Shown here one piece after another: positions 1 through 9,800 of a stretch of DNA of 64,000 nt. The DNA lies in NCBI GenBank assembly GCA_965657355.1, contig CBFHOE010000002.1, positions 224,001-288,000 of the forward strand, read 5' to 3'. Made by a program: the position numbers and the translations under genes. Each line of letters opens with the position of its first letter. The first letter of the stretch is position 1. The notes beneath the pieces were generated by a model, which ran no database searches, was not told where the DNA came from, and saw only the letters and a list, made by a program, of their open reading frames with translations. This DNA is from Limisphaerales bacterium. GTDB lineage: Bacteria > Verrucomicrobiota > Verrucomicrobiia > Limisphaerales > JAJOIW01.

Positions 1-1
1 C

Positions 2-3000
2 TCAGGAAATGATCCAGCACTACCAATGGAGCTGGTGATCAACGACCCAGACAATCAGGTAGACACAGACAAAATTGAACTTCTCATAGATGGTCAATCT
101 GCAGATCTTCAAACAAATAGGGAGAGCGGCCTTTTAATAATAAGCCGCCCCCTCGGACTGTCACTTGCAAGTGAAGCTGAAATCGATGCCTCTTTAAAGT
201 TATTCGACGACGATTCGAACCTATTACTCGAACGCAGTTATTCTTTCAAAGTAAATGCAGGAAAACAGGTTCAGGTGACTGGGTATTGGGATTTTTCCAA
301 TGAACTTCAAGCGGTCATCGGAACAGACCTTTTATATCTGGATGGTGCTGGTGGAGCAACAGAAGGCGCCACCGAATTTGGAACCACCACATCTCTTGAA
401 ATTCCTGATCTACCAGATGGCCCGGCTAATGTAATGAAAGCCGGACACATTGGAGCCAACCCAAACTACGGATTTCTGGCAAATCACGGAGTGAAACCAA
501 ACGGTGGGGGCACTTTCGTCAACCAATACACCCTCATCTATGACATCTACTTGACTGGAGTTGGCGGCGGATGGGTCTCGCTGGCAAATTTTGATAAAAG
601 CGGTGATGGTGATGTTTTCTGGCGGCGTAATGATGGAGGCCTTGGACAAGGCGGCGGCGGATATGAACCTGATGATCCTGAAGTGAAGGTCAACCGCGAA
701 GAATGGCATCGAGTCATCCTAACCTTCGATCTGGCGGCAGGAAAATACGACAAATATGTTGACGGGGTCTACCATTCATCACAAGCCAATGCTGGACTTG
801 ATGGTAGACAAGCCGCTCGACCAGCCATCTGGTTATTCAATGATAATGACGGAGAAAATGGTGAAGTAGTTGTTTCCGCCATTCAGATTCGAGATGGATA
901 TATGACTGATTCTGAAGCGGCTGCTTTAGGAGGGGCCTCTGCAAATGGCATTCCGTTACCTGTAAAAGCCCAACCAATAAGAGGTCTATGGACTTTCGAA
1001 AACGGAGATTTATCTGGAACTATTGGTGCCAACCTAGCCTACCTTGATGGGCCTGATGGTGCGACGGCTGGCGCAACAGAATTTGGCACCGCAAGTTCCT
1101 TTGGCATTGAAACCATAAAAGGCGAAGACCCAATGGTTATGAAGATTGGACATGTTGGTCCCAATCCCAATTTTGGTTATATTTTAAACCATAGAATTGC
1201 TCCAAATGGAGGAGGTAATCGAGTCAATCAATACGCATTGGTTTATGATATTTATTTTTCGGGATCAGGCTCTGGTTGGGCCTCAATTGCTAATTTAGAT
1301 AATTCCGGGGATGGAGATGTTTTCTGGCGACGTAATGATGGGGGCCTTGGACAAGGTGGCGGCGGATATGAACCCGATGACCCATCAGTTAAGGTCAATA
1401 GAGAGCAGTGGCACCGTGTCATACTCAGCTTCGATTTAGCAGCGGGTCGATATGATAAATATGTCGATGGAATCTACCACTCATCACAGTCAAATGGCGG
1501 ACTCGATGGTCGACAAAGTGCTAAAGAAACCCTTTGGTTATTTAATGACAACGACGGCGAGAATGGGGAAATCTATCTCAGCTCTTTAGCCATCTATGAC
1601 CAGGCCATTGGTGTGGAGGAAGCACGAGCACTCGGTAATCCTACAGCTCTGGGCATTCCAAGAAACATTCCAGAACCACAACCGCTCAGAGGATTGTGGA
1701 CCTTTGATGACGGGGATCTATCCGCCTTGGTTGGTAGGGATCTCGCATATTTAGACGGCGCTGGTGGGGCTACAGAGGGAGCCACGGAATTCGGGTCCAC
1801 TCTTTCATTCGAAATTGATGGTCCAAGAGGAGAGACCAGCATGGTGATGAAGGTCGGTCGTTCTGGAGCCAATCCGGATTTTGGCTACCTATTAAACCAC
1901 GGAATTACCCCAAATGGCGGTGGTTCACACCTGAACCAATATGCCCTTGTATTCGACGCTTACTTTAGTGGTAATGGAGCTGGGTGGGCTTCTTTGGCAA
2001 ACTTAGATGTCAGCGGAGATGGCGACGTATTTTGGCGGCGCAATGATGGTGGCCTTGGACAAGGCGGCGGTGGTTATGAACCCGATGACCCAGAAGTTAA
2101 AGTCAATCGGGAACAATGGCACAGAATTATCCTTAATTTTGATTTGGCAGCCGGCACGTATGATAAATATGTGGACGGGGTCTTTCATTCATCTCAAGCC
2201 AACGGCGGTCTTGATGGAAGGCAAGCAGCTCGCCCATCTATTTGGTTATTTAATGATAATGATGGAGAAAACGGTGAAGTTTATTTGGACTCTCTGGCTA
2301 TTTATGATAGACCGCTCTCGCCTAATGAAGCGCGGGCACTTGGCGGAGTCAATTCAGCGGGCATCCCACCAGTCATACCACCTCCAGCGCCTATCCGGGG
2401 TTTGTGGCAATTCGATAATGGCGATCTCACAGCAACCATTGGAAAAAACCTAGCTTATCTCGACGGAGAAGAAGGAGCAACACAAGGGGCAACGGAGTTT
2501 GGATCGACAGAATCTTTTGAGATCGAAAGCATCGGAGGTCAAGTTGCCAATATTATGAAAGTTGGCCATATTGGTTCAAATGCTGATTTTGGTTACCTAA
2601 TGAAACACGGAATCGCACCAAATGGCGGCGGGTCAAAACTGAATCAATACACACTAGTTTTCGACATTTATTTTAGTGGTAATGGAGGAGGCTGGGCTTC
2701 TTTAGCTAATTTGGATGCTTCGGGTGACGGGGATGTTTTCTGGCGGCGCAATGATGGTGGCCTTGGACAAGGCGGCGGTGGATATGAACCTGATGACCCA
2801 GAGGTAAAAATCAATAGGGAACAATGGCACAGGGTCGTTCTAGCCTTCGATCTATCTACTAGCGTATACGATAAATATGTTGATGGTATTTATCACTCCT
2901 CTCAAGCAAACGGCGGACTGGACGGCCGCCAGTCTCCTGGTGAAACAATCTGGTTATTCAATGACAACGATGGCGAAAATGGCGAAATTTATTTAAATTC

Positions 3001-3286
3001 TCTTGCCATATTTGACAAAAAATTGAGTTCAGAAGAAATCGATTTTTTGGGAGCACCATCAGCACAGGGAATACCTGAAATGTTTAATGACAAAGAGCCC
3101 GGACCGGTGCCACCATTAAACTTGTCCGCACTGATGAATGGAAACGATCTTATAATAAATTGGGACGGGCCGGGGACACTGGAATCATCTAGCTCTCTAG
3201 ATGGCCCATGGGCACCAACTGGACTAACATCACCCGCATCAGTCCCAATGAATCTGAACAACCAATTTTTCCGGGTTATCAGATAG
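2..3286 (+). CDS. Large secreted protein with four tandem LamG/concanavalin-A-like (~236 aa) repeats; 5'-truncated by the window
   Basis: Frame is open from position 2 (first ATG at 26, no signal peptide there). Four repeats with 'GxWxF..G.L', 'WHRV/I', 'YVDG' and 'WLFNDNDGENGE' motifs; C-terminal 'LESSSSLDGPW...QFFRVIR'. Confidence 0.8.
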   Translation, partial: SGNDPALPMELVINDPDNQVDTDKIELLIDGQSADLQTNRESGLLIISRPLGLSLASEAEIDASLKLFDDDSNLLLERSYSFKVNAGKQVQVTGYWDFSNELQAVIGTDLLYLDGAGGATEGATEFGTTTSLEIPDLPDGPANVMKAGHIGANPNYGFLANHGVKPNGGGTFVNQYTLIYDIYLTGVGGGWVSLANFDKSGDGDVFWRRNDGGLGQGGGGYEPDDPEVKVNREEWHRVILTFDLAAGKYDKYVDGVYHSSQANAGLDGRQAARPAIWLFNDNDGENGEVVVSAIQIRDGYMTDSEAAALGGASANGIPLPVKAQPIRGLWTFENGDLSGTIGANLAYLDGPDGATAGATEFGTASSFGIETIKGEDPMVMKIGHVGPNPNFGYILNHRIAPNGGGNRVNQYALVYDIYFSGSGSGWASIANLDNSGDGDVFWRRNDGGLGQGGGGYEPDDPSVKVNREQWHRVILSFDLAAGRYDKYVDGIYHSSQSNGGLDGRQSAKETLWLFNDNDGENGEIYLSSLAIYDQAIGVEEARALGNPTALGIPRNIPEPQPLRGLWTFDDGDLSALVGRDLAYLDGAGGATEGATEFGSTLSFEIDGPRGETSMVMKVGRSGANPDFGYLLNHGITPNGGGSHLNQYALVFDAYFSGNGAGWASLANLDVSGDGDVFWRRNDGGLGQGGGGYEPDDPEVKVNREQWHRIILNFDLAAGTYDKYVDGVFHSSQANGGLDGRQAARPSIWLFNDNDGENGEVYLDSLAIYDRPLSPNEARALGGVNSAGIPPVIPPPAPIRGLWQFDNGDLTATIGKNLAYLDGEEGATQGATEFGSTESFEIESIGGQVANIMKVGHIGSNADFGYLMKHGIAPNGGGSKLNQYTLVFDIYFSGNGGGWASLANLDASGDGDVFWRRNDGGLGQGGGGYEPDDPEVKINREQWHRVVLAFDLSTSVYDKYVDGIYHSSQANGGLDGRQSPGETIWLFNDNDGENGEIYLNSLAIFDKKLSSEEIDFLGAPSAQGIPEMFNDKEPGPVPPLNLSALMNGNDLIINWDGPGTLESSSSLDGPWAPTGLTSPASVPMNLNNQFFRVIR
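280..3080 (+). repeat. Intragenic tandem repeat, 4 units, period 705-708 nt
   Basis: The TGG-CGx-CGx-AAT-GAT core starts at 620, 1325, 2033 and 2741; ggccttggacaagg is identical in all four copies. Confidence 0.9.
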
Positions 3287-3316
3287 ATTTAAAAGACGAA
3301 AAGATAAATATTAGCC

Positions 3317-3345
3317 AAAAGCAGCACATATTGTGCTGCTTTTTT
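3317..3345 (+). terminator. Rho-independent terminator
   Basis: aaaagcagcaca-tat-tgtgctgctttt perfect inverted repeat followed by a T tract, 30 nt after the stop at 3286. Confidence 0.85.
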
Positions 3346-3598
3346 AATTTCAGTCATGTTTCATGGGCAGCTTTTGAAACAAAAGAAGCATTTCTTAGCC
3401 GAAATATGCAGAGGACAAAAATTTTCACTTGTAGGCCAGGCCTTTGATATCCAATTTAACATGAAATAAATTCCAACGATCTGACTCGCATCGATGTTCG
3501 AGTCAGAGTTGGGCACAAACGGTCCCATCTGGCGCCAGTAATACCGCGAGATACCTATTAGGAACTAGAGCAAAAATTAGATTGAAAATTTTACATTT

Positions 3599-5266
3599 AT
3601 GAAACCAAAACCACAGCTCGCTTTAGGTGGCGCAAATATGATTAACCACATTGTCACACTATTGATATTTTTGATTCCAACGATTGGATTTGGCGAGCAA
3701 TCCCCATTACGCATTTTCATCTTTGCTGGACAATCCAACATGGTGGGATCTGATTCCAAGGTCAATGACATTAGAACATTTCCACCTTACAAGGGGTTAG
3801 GTAATCCGCAAGACTCGGTTTTATTTAATTATGTTATAGGGCGTGAAAACAAAACGCAAAGTGAAGGGTGGACTTTTTTACAACCAGTAAACAATGTCGT
3901 TGGCCCAGAACTGAGCTTTGCAAAGGAACTCACAAAATATACTGACGGACAAATAGGTATTATAAAAATCGCAGCAGGCGGCACACATCTTGGTGGGGAT
4001 TGGAATCCTGATCATCCTAGTGGATTCAAATTATTTCCATTAGCTCTTTCCAGAATCAAAAAAGCTCTTGAAGAATTAAAAGAACAAAAAATTTCATACA
4101 AGCTAGAGGGATTTATGTGGCACCAGGGAGAGAATGACATGTTCAATCGCGGCTACATGAATAATTACAGAGCCAATCTAAAGAATTTTATAAAACGATG
4201 GAGAGAAGAACTTAATTCACCCAAGCTCCATTTCTACATTGGTGAATTATGTACCAAAACCATTTGGGGAATGGATCTGAGACCCCGTATGTTCACTATC
4301 AGCCTTGCCCAAAAGCAGGTCGCATCTGAGGATCCATTTACAGAATATGTTCCGACCTCACATGTGGGCGCCGAAATAGGAAACCCAGTAGGACTACACT
4401 ATCATTATGGCACCCTGGGACAGCTCCAGCATGGCATCAACTATGCCCAGTCCTACTTTAATGTCATCGGGAAAAAATTTACTATACCTAGAAAACTGGA
4501 AAATTGGCCATTTGATAGTGGAAAAACAATAAAGCTTTTTGTTCTCGCAGGGCACAGAAATATGGAGGGGGAAAGAGCATTTATTCAAAATTTAAAACCA
4601 TTGGGAAAAATGGACTTAGCAAAAGAAAACCCCTCGATTGTTTATAAGTATAGTCTGGGAGGAGGATATAAGATCTCTGAAGGATGGGAGCCGATGGGTG
4701 ATGTAGATTATTATGGTTCTTTTGGGCCTGAACTCAGTTTTAGCCATGAACTACAAAAAGCAAATATAGAGAATATTGCTATCTTAAAGTATACTCATAG
4801 TGGTTCCCAAATTATTGATTGGACACCTAATGGAAGTGAAGCCCCGACCAGAAATATTTTCTTTCCGTTTATTGAATCCATAAAGAAATCAATTTTGGAA
4901 TTAGAATCCAAAGGTCACCGAGTTTCTTTAGAGGGTATATTTTACCATATTGGAGAGAATGATATGTCATATACTCCTTTTAGAAAAGCTGCGGCGAAAA
5001 ATATTAAGGAACTCATTAGAGGAAGTCGCAAAGAGTTAGACCTCCCTCAGCTTAGATGGTATGTCAGCCAGCAACCACCCACCGATCACAAAAATGTGAA
5101 CAGTTTTAATGTTACAAATTCAATTAGTAAGGTTCTTGAAGAAGAGACAAACGTATTCCACATCAAAGCCTTCAGTCTCCCTACTCAAGAGAAACGACTC
5201 GTCATTGATACCCCGGGTATTCTTCGACTTGGAGAGCTTTTAGCTGAATCCTACCTGAGAAATTAA
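3599..5266 (+). CDS. Secreted carbohydrate esterase with two SASA/CE6-like (DUF303-type) domains
   Basis: Domain 1 has 'IFAGQSNM', 'VGPELSFA' and 'FMWHQGEND'; domain 2 has 'LAGHRNME', 'FGPELSFS' and 'FYHIGEND'. Signal peptide suggests the real start is ATG 3638. Confidence 0.8.
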   Translation: MKPKPQLALGGANMINHIVTLLIFLIPTIGFGEQSPLRIFIFAGQSNMVGSDSKVNDIRTFPPYKGLGNPQDSVLFNYVIGRENKTQSEGWTFLQPVNNVVGPELSFAKELTKYTDGQIGIIKIAAGGTHLGGDWNPDHPSGFKLFPLALSRIKKALEELKEQKISYKLEGFMWHQGENDMFNRGYMNNYRANLKNFIKRWREELNSPKLHFYIGELCTKTIWGMDLRPRMFTISLAQKQVASEDPFTEYVPTSHVGAEIGNPVGLHYHYGTLGQLQHGINYAQSYFNVIGKKFTIPRKLENWPFDSGKTIKLFVLAGHRNMEGERAFIQNLKPLGKMDLAKENPSIVYKYSLGGGYKISEGWEPMGDVDYYGSFGPELSFSHELQKANIENIAILKYTHSGSQIIDWTPNGSEAPTRNIFFPFIESIKKSILELESKGHRVSLEGIFYHIGENDMSYTPFRKAAAKNIKELIRGSRKELDLPQLRWYVSQQPPTDHKNVNSFNVTNSISKVLEEETNVFHIKAFSLPTQEKRLVIDTPGILRLGELLAESYLRN

Positions 5267-5311
5267 AACCTAAGGATTGAATTCTTGCCTTACCACTTTA
5301 TGATGACCGCC

Positions 5312-6763
5312 ATGAAACCCAAAACATTTCTCATTCTCTTGGCTTTGTTTATTATAACGGCTCCTTCGCCCAATTCTAATGCTGATGAAAGGCCAAATGT
5401 ATTGTGGATATACCTTGAGGATGTGAGTGGGTGGTTCAGTTGTTATGGAGAGACTCTTATCGAGACTCCAAACATTGATGAAGTGGCAAAATCAGGAACA
5501 CGGTTTAATAGGTTTTATACTCCAGCTGGTGTCTGTTCAGCTACCAGATCAGCTGTTATCACAGGGATGATGCAAACAACTATTGGGGCCCATAATCATA
5601 GAAGTGCTCGAGCCTCTTTCAGAGGTAAAAGTATGGGAGCCTATGATAAGAATGTTCTTCCAAGCGATGTCACCCCTATTCCAATTCGTTTCAAAAATGC
5701 TGGTTACTTCACCTTCAATGAGGGAGGAAAAGACGACTATAATTTTGAATTCAACCTCAAAGAATTCTATGACTATGTCCCTAAGAAAAGAGGATGGGGA
5801 CCAGCAGCGTTAGTTTCAGGAGATTGTTGGAGTAGGCGTAAAGATGGCCAGCCTTTCTTTGGACAAGTCCAACTCGGAGGCGGAAAACTTGGAAAAAGAG
5901 CCAAAAAAATAATAAACAGAGCAAGCGTCAAAATCCCTCCATATTATCCTGATGTCGCAGAAGTCCGTGAAGAAATCGCACATCATTATGATTGCTTACT
6001 CAAAACTGATGCCCAGGTTGGTGAAATTATCTCCGCGTTAAAACGCGATAACCTTTATGAAAACACAATTATTTTCATGTTCAGCGATCATGGAATGAAA
6101 CTCCACCGGCATAAACAATTTTTATTTGAGGGAGGAATTCATATGCCATTGATTGTTTCGGGGCCAGGAGTTACCTCTGGATTGACACGGAGTGATCTTA
6201 TAAGCGGGATTGATATTTCTGCAACATCTTTAGCTGTTGCTGGAATAAATCCCGATGGGAAAATGGAGGGTAGGAATTTTTTGGCTGACGATTATATACC
6301 AAGGAAATTCGTCGTCGCAGCCAGAGACAGATGTGATTACACCATCGAAAAAATTCGAGCTATCGTTACTCCTAAATATAAATATCTCAGAAACTATCTT
6401 ACCGATAGGCCATACATGCAACCAACCTACAAAGATCCATGGCCCGTTTCCAAGAAACTTAGACAACTCATGGCTGATGGAAAAATGAATAAGACGCAGC
6501 TTATCTTTTTTGGTAACGACAGAGCACCTGAGGAATTTTATGACCTAGAAAATGACCCTCACGAAATTCACAATTTAGCTGAAGATCCTAATCATGCTCA
6601 GGCACTGAAGCAACATCGTGCATTTCTGGCACAATGGATCAGAGAAACTGGGGACAAAGGGCAAGAGCCTGAATCGGACATTGGCTTATTGTCCGCTCTG
6701 AAGCGTTGGGGAAATAAATGTGTCAACCCTGAATACGATAAAGTCCGCCACTTATTAAAGTAA
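5312..6763 (+). CDS. Sulfatase (Cys-type, S1 family), exported
   Basis: 'PNVLWIYLED', signature CSATR(SAVITG), 'FSDHG', 'EEFYDLENDPHE'; signal peptide. ORF track starts at 5285 (TTG); ATG 5300/5303/5312 is more likely. Confidence 0.92.
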   Translation: MKPKTFLILLALFIITAPSPNSNADERPNVLWIYLEDVSGWFSCYGETLIETPNIDEVAKSGTRFNRFYTPAGVCSATRSAVITGMMQTTIGAHNHRSARASFRGKSMGAYDKNVLPSDVTPIPIRFKNAGYFTFNEGGKDDYNFEFNLKEFYDYVPKKRGWGPAALVSGDCWSRRKDGQPFFGQVQLGGGKLGKRAKKIINRASVKIPPYYPDVAEVREEIAHHYDCLLKTDAQVGEIISALKRDNLYENTIIFMFSDHGMKLHRHKQFLFEGGIHMPLIVSGPGVTSGLTRSDLISGIDISATSLAVAGINPDGKMEGRNFLADDYIPRKFVVAARDRCDYTIEKIRAIVTPKYKYLRNYLTDRPYMQPTYKDPWPVSKKLRQLMADGKMNKTQLIFFGNDRAPEEFYDLENDPHEIHNLAEDPNHAQALKQHRAFLAQWIRETGDKGQEPESDIGLLSALKRWGNKCVNPEYDKVRHLLK

Positions 6764-6825
6764 TTAAACCAATATGTAGGTAGTAAAGAATCTGTCTATA
6801 TCATACATCCATTGAGGAAAGTCAT

Positions 6826-9800
6826 TTATTCCTGTAATTCCTTCTCTGTCCATGCTGAGGTGCGGGATTTGGTAGATCGACGAACTTCATGGACTTCAGA
6901 TTCTTTAATATTGGAAACCCCCGGCCCGAAAGTCTTCCTCACATAATTCAGGACTTGGGAAATTTCTTTATCGGACATCCCGCTCATTGGAGGCATTGGC
7001 ACAGCACCTGGTTTATCACCGTAGGTTTTACCATCGACAGTAATTTTTCCTTTAAGCCCATGCAGAACAATTTTTATCAAGCTTTCCTTTTTATCAGACT
7101 GAACCCATCTACTTTTTGTCAAAGGGGGATAAATTCCTGTCAAACCATTGCCATCAGGTTGATGACAAGCTAAACAGGCATTTTGGTAGAGTCGCTCACC
7201 TGGTGATATCGGCTCATATTTCTTATCAAGAAAACTAGACAAGTAATTATTCTGCTTATCAGAATTAAAAGTTATTTCCCCCGAGCGAAATGAGTTTTCC
7301 CAATAAGGTCTGAGAGCTGATGTGCTTTGTCTCATTGCATATTCCAAGAAGGGATCCATTGATTCTTCAAGGGCTTCGGCAACGATTTTAATAGATTTCG
7401 GTTGTTGAAGGTAGCTGGCGGCTATGACCGATTCCAATCGTACTCTAGGGTGAATATCCCTTGCTGACTTTAAAAGAATTTCATAAGCATCCTTTAGCCG
7501 ATTTCCCCAAATACCCACAATCCGAGCACCATATGACCTTATGCGTGCATCCTCGGATTCTAGCAACTGATTCACGAGTATTTGATTGGGTTTTTCATGT
7601 GCGACATAAACACCAACTACCTCAAGTAATGCATGATCATTATCAATATTCGCCTTAACCCATTGATCAGCAGCCCTGATGATTTCAGTTGTTGGGGAAT
7701 TAAAAAGTAATTTTTTCGCTTGGTAACGCGTCCACCTCTCCGAAGACTTGAGTTGATTTAATAATTGACCAAAATCCATATTTACAAGTTTAGGCTGACG
7801 AACTGATTTATGATTTTTTGAGGAAACCCTCCAAATTCTACCATGTGATTTGTCTCTTTTTGGATCCGCATAACTCGCCTGGTAATGACCAATAACTGGA
7901 TTAAACCAATCCGACAGATATATAGCACCATCAGGACCTACCGATACGTCTACAGGACGAAAGGCGTTGTTACTGGATTTTACAAGCTTAGGTAATTGAG
8001 TGGTTTTGAATCCCGACCCACTATCATGAAAATGATGCAACTCAACCACGGACCCGAAATATCCAGCAATCAAGGCAGTGCCTTGAATATCATCCGGTAA
8101 GGCCTTAGTTCCAATAATATCGAGTGAAGTCGTTTTAGGGGACGTATCAAATAAAGGGCCAACAGGATGATACTGGTATGGAGTCACCTTGTATGATTCA
8201 TTAGAAATTGTGTCGGAGCTTGTATGACTGGGATCAGCACCTCTTACTAATCCCGGCACGGACCAATAACCCTGTGGGCGATCTCCTGATTTATGAAATA
8301 CTTGATTAAAATCATCAAAGGCAACGCCCCAGCAATTCATTCCGGCCATGCCACCACCGAAGAAGCCTTCCAGTCTTAATGATTTGGGCCTGAGTCTCCA
8401 AACCGCAGATCTGTCCAACCGCGCTATTCCCCATGGTGTTTCGACCCGGGACATGGCATGTAATCCTTGAGTAAACCATAAACTTCCATCAGGACCGTAG
8501 CAGATACTATTGATAAGCTGGTGAGTATCACCTATTCCAAATCCTGAAAAAAGGACTTCACGTTCATCCCCTACACCATCGCCATTGGTGTCTCGTATAT
8601 GCAGAAGTTTATCAAAATCGCAAACATAGACCCCATCATTACCAGGTTCAATGCCTTGAACCATGGTCAACTTGTCTGCATATTTCCAATGTTTGTCGGC
8701 TCGCCCGTCTTTATTAGAATCTTCAAGAACCAGAATATAATCGGAAGGAATAGCACTGGCCAAAGATTGTGGATACGACGGAGAACAAGCAACATATAAG
8801 CGCCCTTCGGCGTCCCAACTAATTTGAACTGGGTTAATGACACCATCATCTTCGGATGCAAAAAGATTTATTTGATATCCTTCTGCAACAGTGAATGCCT
8901 TTAACTGGTCTATTGCGGAAAGGGTATCTATTGTGATGTCCTGTGATTTTTGCCTTTGCGGTAAATTTAACTCCTCCACCTCTTTTCCAACAACCATTTG
9001 ATAGATTATCTTCTCTGCCCTTTGAACCAAAGGCAGTTGGTTTTCAAATGCCTTTTGTAAAGACGGTTTATTGCCCCCGGACTTCCCAAACCTTTGATTC
9101 ACCCGATCCCCGTATACAAACGACCAATTGGCAGGCCTCCAACAATCAAACCACAGCTGATTCTTCAGAATTATTACATCTCGCAACTTGTCATTTATCG
9201 ACTTGCTTAATGAAGCAATCCCAAGCCCTTTTGCTATTTGCTCCCCAATCACCTCCAAACCTATTTGGTTTAGGTGAATTCCATCATTTGTCAGGTTCAA
9301 TTCCTTACTGCGTATCACCTCGTTGTTAAACAAATCTATAAAATGAGCCTGCCTTTGCTTGGCAATCAGCCGAATTGCTTCCACATAATTGGCGACATCA
9401 GAATTTCTTTGAGTCAAATCTGGAGCATGTTTGGCACGTGGTTTTTCGAATGGCATTGGCGAAACCAAGACGATCCTTTGAGTTCTTGAGGCAAACTCAT
9501 CTAACAACCTATGGTAAGCCGACACAAATTCGGAAATCCTCTCGCTACCATCCAAAGATTCCATTTGGCCAAACTGGACAATTATCATTGTGGCTCCCAT
9601 TGCATCTAATTGGTCTCCCCAATCACCAAAATTCAGGTCTCTCCATTGTTCGTATACAGTGTCTGCCTCCCAGGCCATTGATCGAATTTTGGGTTTCTTA
9701 TCTACCCATGCAGAAACTAGGATTGATTCCAAAACCCCAGCCCTTTGTTCACGCACGAAGTTTTCCTGCCCAATCATTGCTATGATCTCATTGTCGAGCA

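Noticed and set aside
280..3080. Near-identical DNA blocks in the first ORF as a CRISPR array or DGR template/variable repeats
   Set aside because: The period is about 708 nt, in frame within one ORF. Differences fall at synonymous positions rather than adenine-specific ones, and there is no cas or reverse transcriptase gene in the window.
3471..3514. Integron attC site (ccAAC...GTTGGGC inverted repeat)
   Set aside because: Only 44 nt long, R/L box spacing does not fit, single copy, and no integrase or cassette array.
3208..3530. Small ORFs in the 3.3-3.6 kb intergenic region (79-aa track ORF, a 37-aa plus-strand ORF and a 55-aa minus-strand ORF)
   Set aside because: The 79-aa ORF runs through the terminator; none shows a motif, compositional signal or promoter/terminator pairing.
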